Positions 18,007 through 30,958 of a stretch of DNA of 64,000 nt are shown here, piece after piece; position 1 is the stretch's first letter; every line of letters starts with the position of its first letter. The translations under genes and the position numbers were made by a program. Source of the stretch: Malacoraja senta (Eukaryota); contig CM075990.1 of NCBI GenBank assembly GCA_038087875.1, forward strand, positions 4,094,001 through 4,158,000, given 5' to 3'. The notes beneath the pieces are model-generated. The model saw only the letters and a list, made by a program, of their open reading frames with translations. It ran no database searches and was not told the origin of the DNA.

Positions 18007-18370
18007 AATAGACAATAGACAATAGATGCACGAGTAGGCCATTCGGCCCTTCGAGCCATTCAATGTGGTCATGGCTGATCATCCCCAATCAGTACCCCAT
18101 TCCTGCCTTCTCCCCATATCCCCCGACTCTGCTATTTTTAAGAGCCCTATCTAGCTCTCTCTTGAAAGCATCCAGAGAACCTGCCTCCACCGCCCTCTGA
18201 GGCAGACAATTCCACAGACTCACCACTCTCTGTGAGAAAAAGTGTTTCCTCGTCTCCGTTCTAAATGGCTTACTCCTTATTCTTAAACTGTGGCCCCTGG
18301 TTCTGGACTCCCCCAACATCGGGAACATGTTTCCTGCCTCTAGCGTGTCCAAGCCCTCAACAATCTTATA
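18007..18370 (-). mobile_element. CR1 3' end
   Basis: Near-identical to 923-1280 and 30581-30958. Confidence 0.92.
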
Positions 18371-18884
18371 GACCAGGTCCAGCACACTGCCAAATGGTGG
18401 TGTGTGTGGGAAGGAACTGCAGATACTGGTTTACTTCGAAGATAGACACAGAATGCTGGAGTAAGGTCAGACAGCATCTCTGGAGAGAAGGAATAGGTAA
18501 CGTTTTGGGAGAAAAGGAACAGGTGACACTTCGAGCGAAGCGACCCAAAGCTTCACTTACCCATGTTCTCCAGGGATGCTGCCTGACCCGCTGAGTTACT
18601 CCAGCACTTTGTGCCAAGTGTGAATATAGGTCAGGAGAGGGAGAGCGCCACCACACTGAATCAACAGTGCACCTGACACAGAGTCCAGAGAGAAACTAAT
18701 TCTGCAATTATTGGCACAGAAGCTGAAACACGAGGGCACCTGTGAATCACTTCAATTATTGAACAGCAGATGTTTCCCTGCCAGAGGCATCAAGGAGAAC
18801 TACAACTTTACGATGATCAGCCATAGGAATGGATACAAGAATGTTTAATTTAATATATCTTTTATTCCCGACATTATATAATGT

Positions 18885-20336
18885 TTTCTTTAATATATCT
18901 TTTATTCCTGACATAGACAAAATCAAACACTGTCAAAAAACGGTATATAAATGAACATTCTAATGTACTCTTTAAAAATGCCATCTCCTTGTTACCACCT
19001 CTAAACCCATGTTCTGCTGATGATCTTGTAGATAACTTTAATTCCAAAATTGTGAAAGTTATAGATGTCATTGCACCTGTTATGGTTAAAACGATTTCTG
19101 GCAAGCAAAAGGCACCCTGGAGAAAAGCTGCTTTTGTAACAGCCCAGAAAAGAGAATGCCGGAAAGCTGAACGCATCTGGCGGAAAACAAAACTTCATAT
19201 TCACCATGACATCTATAAAGAGAGCCTCCGTGCCTACAATTTAGACTTAAAAAGTGCTAGAGAAACATTTTTCTCCAATATCATTAACAAAAACACTAAT
19301 AAGGCAAAAACCATATTTGCAATTGTTGAGAGACTGACCAACCCCCCAACACAAATAACACCTGAACTCCATTCCATGCAGAAATGCAATGAGTTTGCAT
19401 TCTTTTATACTGATAAAATAGAAGGCATCAGACGTGCCATCAATATCTCTGCTTCAAACAAAAATGTTGGATCACCACCCTGTTTAGGCAAAAGTAACGT
19501 GGCAATGATGACATGCTTTAATGTCATAGACTCTAAAACTCTTGTGGAAACGGTGACACAACTAAGGCCATCCACCTGCTGCCTTGATGCTTTACCTACC
19601 AACTTCTTTAAGAATGTTTTTGACTGCCTAGCAATAGACATACTGCAAATAGTTAACAGCTCTCTTCAATCAGGCAATTTCCCAAAAGCCTTGAAAACTG
19701 CAGTTATTAAACCCCTTTTAAAAAAGCAGAGCCTAGATGCCTCTATTATTAACAACTATAGACCAATATCAAACCTACCTTTCATAAGTAAAATCATTGA
19801 GAAAGTTGTCCTCCAGCAACTTCCTGGCTTCAACTGGCTGCTACGACAACTTCCAGTCAGGATTTCGGCCTCTTCATAGCACTGAGACCGCCCTTATAAA
19901 AAGTTGTAAACGACATCCGTCTTAACACAGACTCTGGCAAAGTTTCAATATTGATGCTATTAGACCTCAGTGCTGCATTCGACACTGTTGATCACTCAAT
20001 ACTTTAGGACAGGTTGGAAAAATGGGTGGGGCTCTCAGGTACAGTCTTAAGTTGGTTCAGGTCATATCTACAAGATAGGAACTATTTTGTTTCCATTGGC
20101 GACTTTGTATCAGAACCAACCAACGTGACGTGTGGAGTCCTGCAAAGTTTGATCTTAGGGCCCTCTTTATTCAACATCTACATGCTCCCACTAGGGCAAA
20201 TCATGCGAAATAATAATATTGACCACCACTGCTATGCCGATGACACTCAAATCTATGTAGCGCTATCACCAAATGACTATCGCCCCATAGATCTGCTGTG
20301 CCAGTGCATTGAGCAAGTCAAAGACTGGATGTGCCA
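18885..20336 (+). mobile_element. L2-clade LINE ORF2 fragment (frameshifted, truncated at both ends)
   Basis: NYRPISNLPFISKIIEKVV, QSGFRPLHSTETAL, LLDLSAAFDTVDH, YADDTQIY. Confidence 0.9.
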
Positions 20337-20890
20337 CCCCTGGAGTATTGTGTGCAGTTTTGGTCCCCTAATTTGAGGAAGGACATTCTTGCTATTGAGG
20401 GAGTGCAGCGTAGGTTTACAAGGTTAATTCCCGGGATGGCGGGACTGTCATATGCTGAGAGAATGGAGCAGCTGGGCTTGTACACTCTGGAGTTTAGAAG
20501 GATGAGAGGATATCTCATTGAAACATATAAGATTGTTAAGGGTTTGGACATGCTAGAGGCAGGAAACATGTTCCCGATGTTGAGGGAGTCCAGAACCAGG
20601 GGCCACGGTTTAAGAATAAGGAGTAAGCCATTTAGGACGGAGACGAGGAAACACTTTTTCTCACAGAGAGTTGTGAGTCTGTGGAATTCTCTGCCTCAGA
20701 GGGCGCTGGAGGCAGGTTCTCTGGATGCTTTCAAGAGAGAGCTAGATAGGGCTCTTAAAAATAGCAGAGTCAGGGGATATGGGGAGAAGGCAGGAACGGG
20801 GTACTGATTGGGAATGATCAGCCATGATCACGTTGAATGCCGGTGCTGGGTCGAAGGGCCGAATGGCTTACTCCTGCACCTATTGTCTAT
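20337..20890 (+). mobile_element. CR1 3' end abutting the L2 fragment
   Basis: LEYCVQFWSPNLRKD...GEKAGTGY* followed by the CR1 3'UTR. Confidence 0.93.
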
Positions 20891-21567
20891 TTCCGTTCAC
20901 AGATATTGTTTGACCAGTTGAGTTCCACCAGCACTTTGTTTCTTTTGTTCAGCTGGAAGTGATTTCTATTCATTGAACACCAGGTGTCAGACAAGCACCC
21001 TGGCACCAGAGGCCAGAGGGGCTGAGAGAGAAGGCTGTGGCCATATCTAGCACAGTTGTAGTTTTGGCCGCTGCATTTTCTAATCACTGTATTCCCCAAA
21101 ATTCAAATGACATTTTCATATTCCAGTATATTTTAACAACACTGCTAGATGAATATTTAGAATTGCACATCTTAAAATGCTTTACAGAAGGGACCTCTGC
21201 TTCGGGTACAAGATGGCGGCAGAAATGTGGCGACTCTTTGTGTCCTGCCTCAGTGTAATCTACTATTTTCACCTAATAATCATTGCACTCTTGTAGTTTA
21301 GTTTAGTTTACTGGCTGTACGTGGGCCAGCATCATTCTCCTTCACCAAGTTTTGTTTAATTTAGTTTAGAGATACAGCGTGGAAACAGGCCCTTCGGCCC
21401 ACCGAGTCCGTGCCGACTAGCGATCCCCGCACACTAACACTATCCTACACACACGAGGGACAATTCACAATTTTTACCAAGTTAGGCTACGAACCTGTAC
21501 ATCTTTGGAGTTTATACTTCTGTATGATTGTGCTTATATATTCTTAGCAAAACAAAGAATTTCACTG

Positions 21568-21770
21568 GTACACAAAAATGCTGGAGAAACTCAGCGGGTG
21601 CGGCAGCATCTATGGAGCGAAGGAAACAGGTAACGTTTCGGGCCGAAACCCTTCTTCAGCCCGAAACGTTACCTGTTTCCTTCGCTCCATAGATGCTGCC
21701 GCACCCGCTGAGTTTCTCCAGCATTTTTGTGTACCTTCGATTTTCCAGCATCTGCAGTTCCTTCTTTAAT
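21568..21770 (+). mobile_element. Penelope-derived fold-back element, perfect 77 bp arms
   Basis: 21567-21643 is the exact reverse complement of 21659-21735; 14 bp TSD AAAGAATTTCACTG. Confidence 0.93.
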
Positions 21771-21878
21771 AAAGAATTTCACTGTATCTATGTACGTGAC
21801 AATAAAGTACCATTGACCCATTCCCACCCAGTTTAATTTTTAATTTATAATTGTTCCAGGTGTCAACTTCCCTACATC

Positions 21879-22327
21879 AGAGAGACCAAGGCAGACTCGG
21901 CGATCGTTTCGCTGAACACCTCCGCTCAGTCCGTCTTAACCCAAGCTGATCTCCCAGTGGCTCAGCACTTCAACTCCCACTCCCATTCCCAATCTCACCT
22001 TTCTGTCCTGGGCCTCCTCCATTGTCAGAGTGAGGCCCAGCGCAAATTGGAGGAACAGCACCCCATATTTCGCTTGGGTAGTTTACACCCCAGCGGTATG
22101 AACATTGACCTCTAATTTCAGGTAGCCCTTGCTCTCTCTATTCATTTCCCCTCCCCCTTCCCAGTTCTCCCACTAGTCCCACTGTCTCCACCTACATTCT
22201 TTCTTTGTCCTACCCCCTCTCCTGACATCAGCCTGAAAGAGGGTCTCGACCCGAAACGTCGCCTATTCCTTCTCTCCATAGATGCTGCCTCACCCGCTGA
22301 GTTTCTCCAGCTTTGTGTGTCTACCTT
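21879..22327 (+). mobile_element. Penelope-like element 3' end: GIY-YIG C-terminus plus pLTR with a degenerate hammerhead motif
   Basis: Frameshifted ETK.RLGDRFAEHLRSV...LPVAQHFNS.SH...LEEQH.IFRLGSLHPSGMNID, then CTGAAAGAGGGTCTCGACCCGAAACGTC at ~22233. Confidence 0.88.
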
Positions 22328-25203
22328 CCAGTTCAATTTATGTTAGTAACTGTTGATTAGTCCCACTTGCCCAAAGTTCTTGTTAACACGAGTTTCTCAA
22401 GTAACAATCCCAACATAAACTTGATGCAGACAGCTGCTGAGGAGAAAAGCAGAAGGAAAAATCAATGTAGTCTTTGAGTTTGGGTTTAAGTTTAGGTTAT
22501 TGTCACGTGTACTGTCACAGTGAAAAGCTTTTGTTGCATGCTAACCAGTCAGCGGAAAGACAATACATGATTTCAGTTGAGCAGTGAACGGATGCATGAT
22601 AATGGGGAAAACGTGAATTACGTTTAGTGCAAGATAAATTCCAGTAAAGTCCGATCAAAGATAGTCCGAGGGTCTCCAATGAGGTAGATGGCAGCTCAGG
22701 CCTGCTCTCAGTCTTCAACTCTACCTCAATAAGTGTATTCCCTCAGCAAGCCTGAAGCTAAAGCACATACACTGTAGAAAATTCAATCGCATTCCCAAAT
22801 ATTATAAACATAGAAAATAGGTGCAGGAGGCCATTCGGCCCTTCGGACCATATATTAACACAAACAAATTTGAATGTGGGTGCACAGCTGAAAAAATATG
22901 AAGGCGACTGGTATTTCTGGTAAAAGTATTTGCTTAGAAATTAATTGTTTTGATGCGTTAATGTTTTGAACAAAACATTTGTGCAGGTTTTTGGCAAGTA
23001 ATTCAGGAGGTGAGTATAAATTTGGAGAGATGGAATGCAGCAGAAGGGGATTTATGTTCAGAATGAAATAATCGCAGTAAAATGAGAGTCGCAGAAGTGG
23101 AATTTCCAGCTCGTTGGAAAAACCATCTAATCTAGTCTTTACCAGTGTGACCTATAAATAACTTCAGACAAGTATGGTAATGAGTTAGCCCTGAGCTACC
23201 TCCAAGCAAATTGTCAAATTACTCTGCATCTAGGGTTAGATCGAGTATATGCACATAGTTGTATCGAGGACCAGAGGACATAGGTTCAAGGTGAAGGGGG
23301 ACAGATTTTATAGGAATCCGTGGAGTAACGTTTTCACACAAAGGGTGGTGGGTGTACGGAATGAGCTGCCGGAGGAGGTAGTTGAGGCTGGGACTATCCC
23401 AACGTTTAAGAAACAGGCAGGTGCATGGATAGGACAGCTTTGGAGGGATGCGGGCCAAAAGCTGGCAGGTGGGACTAGCGTAGCTGGGACATGCTGGCCG
23501 ATGTGAGCAAGTTGGGCCGAAGGGCCTGTTTCCACGCTCTGTGGCTCTATTGGTAAAGGACTGTAGGATTTCAAGTTGATTGCTTATCAACACCATAAGG
23601 GGCAGTTTGAAATGGATTATCATATGGTGACTTTCCCCGTGATTCCCACATTATACAAGGGATTAATATCCCCCCATTTAACAAAACATTTCACTGGACC
23701 TAGGTACATGTGACAATAAAGTATTCATTGAAGAGTGACAAATACCTTCAAAAACTCTGCTATATAGATACGGACACTCCCCGAGTTACACAATAGGCAA
23801 CTTACATAAACTCCAACTTATGTTTAGTTTATTATCTTGACGTGTACCACGGTACAGTGAAAAGCTTTTGTTTGTGTGCTATCTAGTCAAAGACGATATA
23901 TGAATACAATCAAGCTGTGCACAGATGAAGGATACAACATTTAGTGCAAGATAAAGTCCGATTAAAGATAATTCAAAGGTCTCCAATGAGGTAGATGGCA
24001 GGTCAGGACTGCTCTCTAGCTGGTGAGAGGACGGTTTAGTTAGCTGATACAGCTGGGAAGAAACTGTCTCTGAAACATTCTGCATTCGGAACCAAGTGCA
24101 CAACTGAGATTAATCAAGTTTATATGGGAAATAAGCTGGCAATATCAGTGTTGCTTACCTGCGGAAAGTGCCTCAACGGCGAGATGGTACTCAAGCCAGC
24201 AACGGCGACACTGCTTCCCCAGAAGCCTACGTGCTGCAGGAAGTCCCCCCAACGGTGAGACAGAACTCAAGCTGGTGACGGCAGTGCTATCCAGTCAGAC
24301 GATACATGCTTACAATCAAGCTTCTCCAGAAGTCCACAGGTCGCAGAGAGTGTTCCAAAGCTGAGACAGAACGAAATCCAGTGTGGCAGTGGTGCTTCCC
24401 CAGAAGTCCACACGCTGAAGAAAATGCCCTGGATGTCACTGACTCTCAGTGGATTCGTGGGCCGAAGGGCCTGTTTCCATGCTGTATCTTTCAATTGCCT
24501 TTATTAAAAATCTACAAGGACACCCCTCAGCCTCCTACATTCCAGTGAGAATAAACTGTACTTGGCTCCCATACCTGGCTCGCTAGGTTGGTTGTGCATT
24601 GGCAGCTGGGGGGCGGGGGGGGCTGCTGCCGATAGATAGGCAGAAGAGAGAACTGTTTGGTGAACTTTTGCAACGATGTCGACACCAAAACGCGGCGACA
24701 CTTATGTACTGCCTCGGTGAAGTCTGCTTTGTGATTTTACCAAGTTATGTGTACTGTACTTAGGTATGTGACAATAAAATATCATTGACTCCCGCAGCCG
24801 ACTTTGCGGGCCGGTATCTAGGCTCCTCGAGGCCGGTGGTGGAAGATTGGTATGTGAAAAAGCCAACCCAATGATGCCTTAAAGCGGCGGAGACCCAGGT
24901 TCGATCCTGACTACGGGTGCTATCTGTACGGAGTTTGTACGTTCTCCCCATGACCGCACGGGTTTTCTCCGAGATCTTCGGTTTCCTCCCACACTCCAAA
25001 GACGTACAGGTTTGTTGGTTAATTGGCTTGGTATAAATGTAAATTGTCCCTAGTGTGTGTAGGATAGTGTTAGAGTTCGGGGATCGCTGGTCGGTGCGGA
25101 TTCAGTGGGCCGAATGGCCTGTTTCTGCATTGCGTCTCTTCTAAACTAAACTAATCCCAAAGAGCAAGAAACCACCTGCTGAAAGCTGCTGAAGTAATAT
25201 ATT

Positions 25204-25209
25204 TTTATT
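25204..25209 (-). terminator. Candidate WASHC2 polyadenylation signal AATAAA
   Basis: First canonical hexamer I found on the minus strand after the stop codon (3'UTR about 0.95 kb). Confidence 0.55.
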
Positions 25210-25678
25210 TCAATATTTTGTTCACCGTGCAGTTGTATTTTTCGGAACAGTTCCAAACACAAAGGAACAGCCAAAGGCCTCAATGTGGATGTAACAGGTG
25301 CAACGGCAACTTACCGATCAACACACTGACTTCCACAAATGCCCGATGCCTTTGCAAGCCGGCTACTGATTCACTTAAGTTTAGAATTCTATTTACATTA
25401 TATTGCACTGGTCATAGAGAATGCCTACCTTAAAATATGGGCCATTGTTCATGAAAGTAGCAATCTCAAACCTAATATCACAACAATGTACAAAAGAATT
25501 AATTCAATAAAATTCAATGATCCAAGGTTACTAGAAAGGCAACAAACACTATCAGGTTTTGGATTCAGTGCTCTGTATTCATTCAAAATAATAAAACTTT
25601 CCTTCCGTTATCAGCCTCAAGAGAGAAGCATTCTCGTTAGTACAAGGTGAAGGTAAAGCAAGGCTTAATAATTAAGGC

Positions 25679-25860
25679 TGACAAAAATGCTGGAGAAACT
25701 CAGCGGATGAGGCAGCATCTATGGAGCGAAGGAAATAGGGAACTTTTCGGCCCGAAACGTTGCCTATTTCCTTCGCTCCATAGATGCTGCCTCACCCGCT
25801 GAGTTTCTCCAGCATTTTTGTCTACCTTCGATTTTCCAGCATCTGCAGTTCCTTCTTAAA
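25679..25860 (+). mobile_element. Penelope-derived fold-back element in the predicted WASHC2 3'UTR
   Basis: ~70 bp near-perfect arms; 15 bp TSD CTTAATAATTAAGGC at 25664-25678 and 25861-25875. Confidence 0.93.
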
Positions 25861-26143
25861 CTTAATAATTAAGGCGTCAAGATCGAACAGAGAAAAATGG
25901 AGCATGTCAAAGTCAGGAGACCAAACAGAAATAAGTATAAAGTGTTGAAAACTGCAAGGCAATTACCCCCATCTTCTCCCCACTTATCAGCATTGAGGTC
26001 CCATGATACTTCAACATTTAGCCGTGACATTTAAGCCTAGAATGTCCTCACTTGGAGCAACAGGACGCCGCCTTGGTCTGGCAGAATTGCTTGCTCTCTC
26101 CTCTCCCTCCCAGGAACTCCAGCAGTGTTTTGACACCTGAATC

Positions 26144-26295
26144 CTACGGTCCAAAAGCATTCAAAGGATCGTCAAAAATGTCAGCGGCTTTGCTTTCTGG
26201 GGCGCTGGTCGGAACGGCAGCCTGGTTTGATTTGGTCTTGGGTTTGAACTGTTTCTTGGCACTGGTTGAGGATGAGGTGGAAGCAAAAATATCAT
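26144..26295 (-). CDS. WASHC2: WASHC2 last coding exon: DDIFAST...AADIFDDPLNAFGP*
   Basis: tttcAG acceptor; stop TAG at 26146-26144; canonical FAM21 C-terminus. Confidence 0.96.
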
Positions 26296-27137
26296 CTGAA
26301 ATACAAAGACAGCAGCGACTCAGATGAGAATACATGCCCTGCGGGACTAGACTTCAACATCTCGAAACGATGCTTGTGGATGGAAAGATGACAAGGGGCT
26401 TCCATCTGTACTGCCCCTTTACACTGCTCAGTTAAATACAGTGGCCAGTAACATTAGCTCCATCAACCTGACTCACTTTCCAAGAAAGAAACTAGAAAAA
26501 ATAGAAACATAAGCTATTTATTTATGTTATTTTAAATTGCATGAAACCCTACGTTTATTCATTCCATTCGCTTAATATGGGCTTATAATTCAAAGTAGGA
26601 AATTAACTCCGTTTTCCCTAGCAGTACAGATATAACATCAATAGCATGGAATATAAAACAGAAAAGCTGGGAACACAGACATCCCGGCATGTGCAGTGTA
26701 GTTTGGTTTACCTGTTTCTGGACACCTTTCCCTCCAAAAATTACAATGTCTTATGATGACCATAAGACATAGAAGCAGATTTAGGCCATTCAGCCCATCG
26801 AGTCTGCTCTGCCATCGACTCTAAACTCCATTCTTCTGCCTTCTCGCCGTAACCATTGACACTCTTACTAATCAGGAATCTAACAATCTCTGGTCGGTGC
26901 GGACTCAGTGGGCCGAAGGGCCCGTTGCCGCGCTGTATCTCTAAAGTCTAAAAGCTGGGCTTGAGCATTTAGAAACTTCTGAAATTTAGCGTCAAGAGAA
27001 ACTATCCTGGGCTGAATAGATCATGAGCTTTGAATGAACCTGATCAATCCTTCAGAGAGGCAAGCGCATAATTCTTTGCAGAACAGTTCCACTGTGGATC
27101 CAGGGTGTGGTTCTTCCCTCATGCAGTAGGTACGTAC

Positions 27138-27312
27138 CCATATCATCGTTGAATATAGACTTGGTCTCGATCTTCTTCCTGCTCTTCTTCTCTTTCGGCG
27201 CTATTTTTATGTCAGCAAATATATCGACGTTGTCATCGAAGAGGTTCAGGTCAGTGCTCCCCTCGTTTTTCTTCTTGGTTACGGTGACAGATTCTGTGGC
27301 AAACAAATCATC
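27138..27312 (-). CDS. WASHC2: WASHC2 penultimate exon: DDLFATES...[11 protein letters not shown]...KSIFNDDM
   Basis: CAG acceptor, G|GTACGT donor, 175 nt ending phase 1. Confidence 0.95.
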
Positions 27313-27657
27313 CTGACACAAAGGAAAAAGAAAAGAGCTTTCAGCTTCTGTAAGAGCTGCACCATTAATCAGACAGTGTTTGGCTCATTCTGGCTCGCAG
27401 ACAGTTCGCAACATTCATTTTAACTTATTTTATACACTTTTAGTTTAGTTTAGAATACGGTACGGAAACAGGCCCTTCGGCCCACACCGACCCACGATCT
27501 CCGCACACTAACACTATTCTACACACACTTGGTGCAACTTTACATTTACACGAAGCCAATTAACCTACAGACCTGTACGTCTTTGGAGTGTGGGGAGGAA
27601 ACCGAAGATCTTGGAGTAAATCCACATGGTCACGGGGAGAACGTACAAACTCTGTAC

Positions 27658-29455
27658 ATAGATACATAGATACATAGAAAATAGGTGCAGGAGTAGGCCA
27701 TTCGGCCCTTCGAGCCTGCACCGCCATTCAATATGATCATGGCTGATCATCCAACTCAGTATCCCGTACCTGCCTTCTCTCCATACCCCCTGATCCCTTT
27801 AGCCACAAGGGCCACATCTAACTCCCTCTTAAATATAGCCAATGAACTGGCGTCAACTACCCTCTGTGGCAGAGAGTTCCAGAGATTCACCACTCTCTGT
27901 GTGAAAAAGTTTTTCCTCATCTCGGTCTTAAAGGATTTCCCCCTTATCCTTAAGCTGTGACCCCTTGTCCTGGACTTCCCCAACATCGGGAACAATCTTC
28001 CTGCATCTAGCCTGTCCAACCCCATAAGAATTTTGTACGTTTCTATAAGATCCCCTCAATCTCCTAAATTCTAGCGAGTATAAGCCAAGTCTATCCAGTC
28101 TTTCTTCATATGAAAGTCCTGACATCCCAGGAATCAGTCTGGTGAACCTTCTCTGCACTCCCTCTATGGCTATAATGTCCTTCCTCAGATTTGGAGACTA
28201 AAACTGTACGCAATACTCCAGGTGTGGTCTCACCAAGACCCTGTACAACTGCAGTAGAACCTCCCTGCTCCTATACTCAAATCCTCTTGCTATGAAGGCC
28301 AACATACCATTCGCTTTCTTCACTGCCTGCTGCACCTGCATGCCTACTTTCAATGACTGGTGTACCATGACACCCAGGTCTCGCTGCACCTCCCCATTTC
28401 CTAATCGGCCACCATTTAGATAATAGTCTGCCTTCCCGTTTTTGCCACCAAAGTGGATAACCTCACATTTATCCACATTATACTGCATCTGCCAAACATT
28501 TGCCCACTCACCCAGCCTATCCAAGTCACCTTGCAGTCTCCTAGCATCCTCCTCACAGCTAACACTGCCCCCCAGCTTAGTGTCATCCGCAAACTTGGAG
28601 ATGTTGCTTTCAATTCCCTCGTCCAGATCATTAATATAAATTGTAAATAGCTGGGGTCCCAGCACTGAGCCTTGCGGTACCCCACTAGTCACTGCCTGCC
28701 ATTGTGAAAAGGACCCGTTTACTCCTACTCTTTGCTTCCTGTTTGCCAGCCAGTTCTCTATCCACATCAATACTGAACCCCCAATACCGTGTGATTTAAG
28801 TTTGTATCCTAATCTCTTATGTGGTACCTTGTCGAAAGCCTTCTGAAAGTCCAGATACAACACATCCACTGGTTCTCCCCTATCCACTCTACTAGTTACA
28901 TCCTCGAAAAATTCTATAAGATTCGTCAGACACGATTTACCTTTCGTAAATCCATGCTGACTTTGTCCAATGATTTCACCACTTTCCAAATGTGCTGCTA
29001 TCCCATCTTTAATAACTGACTCTAGCAGTTTCCCCACTACCGATGTTAGACTAACTGGTCTGTAATTCCCCGTTTTCTCTCTCCCTCCCTTCTTAAAAAG
29101 TGGGGTTACGTTTGCTACCCTGCAATCCTCAGGAACTACTCCAGAATCTAAAGAATTTTGAAAAATTATCACTAATGCATCCACTATTTCTGGAGCTACT
29201 TCCTTAAGTACTCTGGGATGCAGCCTATCTGGCCCTGGTGATTTATCGGCCTTTAATCCATTCAATTTACCCAACACCACTTCCCGACTAACCTGGATTT
29301 CACTCAGTTCCTCCATCTCCTTTGACCCGCGGCCCCCTGCTATTTCCGGCAGATTATTTATGTCTTCCTTAGTGAAGACGGAACCAAAGTAGTTATTCAA
29401 TTGGTCCGCCATATCCTTGTTCCCCATGATCAATTCACCTGTTTCTGACTGCAAG
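27658..29455 (-). mobile_element. 5'-truncated CR1 (HER1-like) LINE inserted in a SINE
   Basis: 418 aa RT frame (DFQKAFDKV, GVPQGSVLGP, FADD), then a TGG>TAG stop and a frameshift; (TATCTATG)n tail; SINE halves on both sides. Confidence 0.95.
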
Positions 29456-30580
29456 GCACCCGTAGTCAGGATTGGACCTGGCTATCCGGCGCTGTAAGGC
29501 AGCAACTCTACCGCTGCACCACCGTGCCTCCGTAACCTGGGATCTTAAAATCCACATGTCCTTGGTCCTAAAACAGACTTTTAGCGAGGCATCAAAGGAC
29601 TGAAATGTGATTTAGGATCTAACCTCTGGATCAAAGGACCTCGACTGGTGAAGGTAGACAAACAAAACCCATCTGTCAATGGGACTTGGGGGAGCTTGAG
29701 GAAGGAGGCCCATCAGTGAGCCGCTAAACTAGGTTGAGAATGTAAAAGCAAGGATGTAATGCCTGATTAATGTTTAATGGGGCATTGGTTAGACCACATT
29801 TGGAGTATTGTGAGCAGACTTGGCATCAACACCATTCACCTGCTCTCTCTCCATTATCCTCTGCACCCTCGCAATTCATACACCTGTCAGTGTCCATCAG
29901 GAAAACAGAACAATGAACTTGATTGGAAAAGGTATGGATTATAAAAGGTCGTTACCAAGAACAATCCCACCTCAGCTCTGATTCACAGAATTCCAGTGCC
30001 ACAACGCAAACAAACACTTTCCTCATCCTTGAAAGAAAAGGATGATCCCTTATTCTAAAACTATGCTCCTGAGTCTGCGTTACTCCCAATAGAGGAAATA
30101 TTCTCTTCTGTCACTCCCCCTCAAATTCAGATCAAATAATCATTTTTTATGAACAATGTGTACATGCCCAAGTTCTCTTCATATGTCAATGGCATCTTTC
30201 AATGGGTCAAACACCTTTGCACCTCCTCCAATACAAACACAGTCTTTTCAGTGCACCACAGTGGCACAGCTGGTGGACCCGCTGCCTCACAGCGCTAGAG
30301 AACCAGGTTCAATCCCGACCGCGATTACTCTCTGTGTGGAGTTTACGCGGGTTTCCTCCGGGTGCTCCAGTTTCCTCGCACATCCCAAAGACGTGCGGGC
30401 CTGTAGGTGAATTGGCAGTTGCAAATTACCACGAGTGTGTAGGGATTGGATGCAAAAGTGGAACAACATAAAACTAGTGTGCACGGGTGATTGATGGTCA
30501 GCGTGGACTCTAGGCTGAAAGACCCGTTTCCATGCTGTATCTTAAAAAAAAAAAAGTGGGTTCGATCCTGACTACAGGTG

Positions 30581-30958
30581 ACAATAGACAATAGACAATA
30601 GGTGCAGGAGTAGGCCATTTGGCCCTTCGAGCCAGCACCGCCATTCAATGTGATCATGGCTGATCATCCCCAATCAGTACCCCGTTCCTGCCTTCTCCCC
30701 ATATCCCCTGACTCCGCTATTTTTAAGAGCCCTATCTAGCTCTCTCTTGAAAGCATCCAGAGAACCTGCCTCCACCGCCCTCTGAGGCAGAGAATTCCAC
30801 AGACTCACCATTCTCTGTGAGAAAAAGTGTTTCCTCGTCTCCGTTCTAAATGGCTTACTCCTTATTCTTAAACTGTGGCCCCTGCTTCTGGACTCCCCCA
30901 ACATCGGGAACATGTTTCCTGCCTCTAGTGTGTCCAAGCCCTTAACAATCTTATATGT
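30581..30958 (-). mobile_element. CR1 3' end inserted in a SINE
   Basis: Same young subfamily; SINE sequence resumes at ~30958. Confidence 0.92.
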
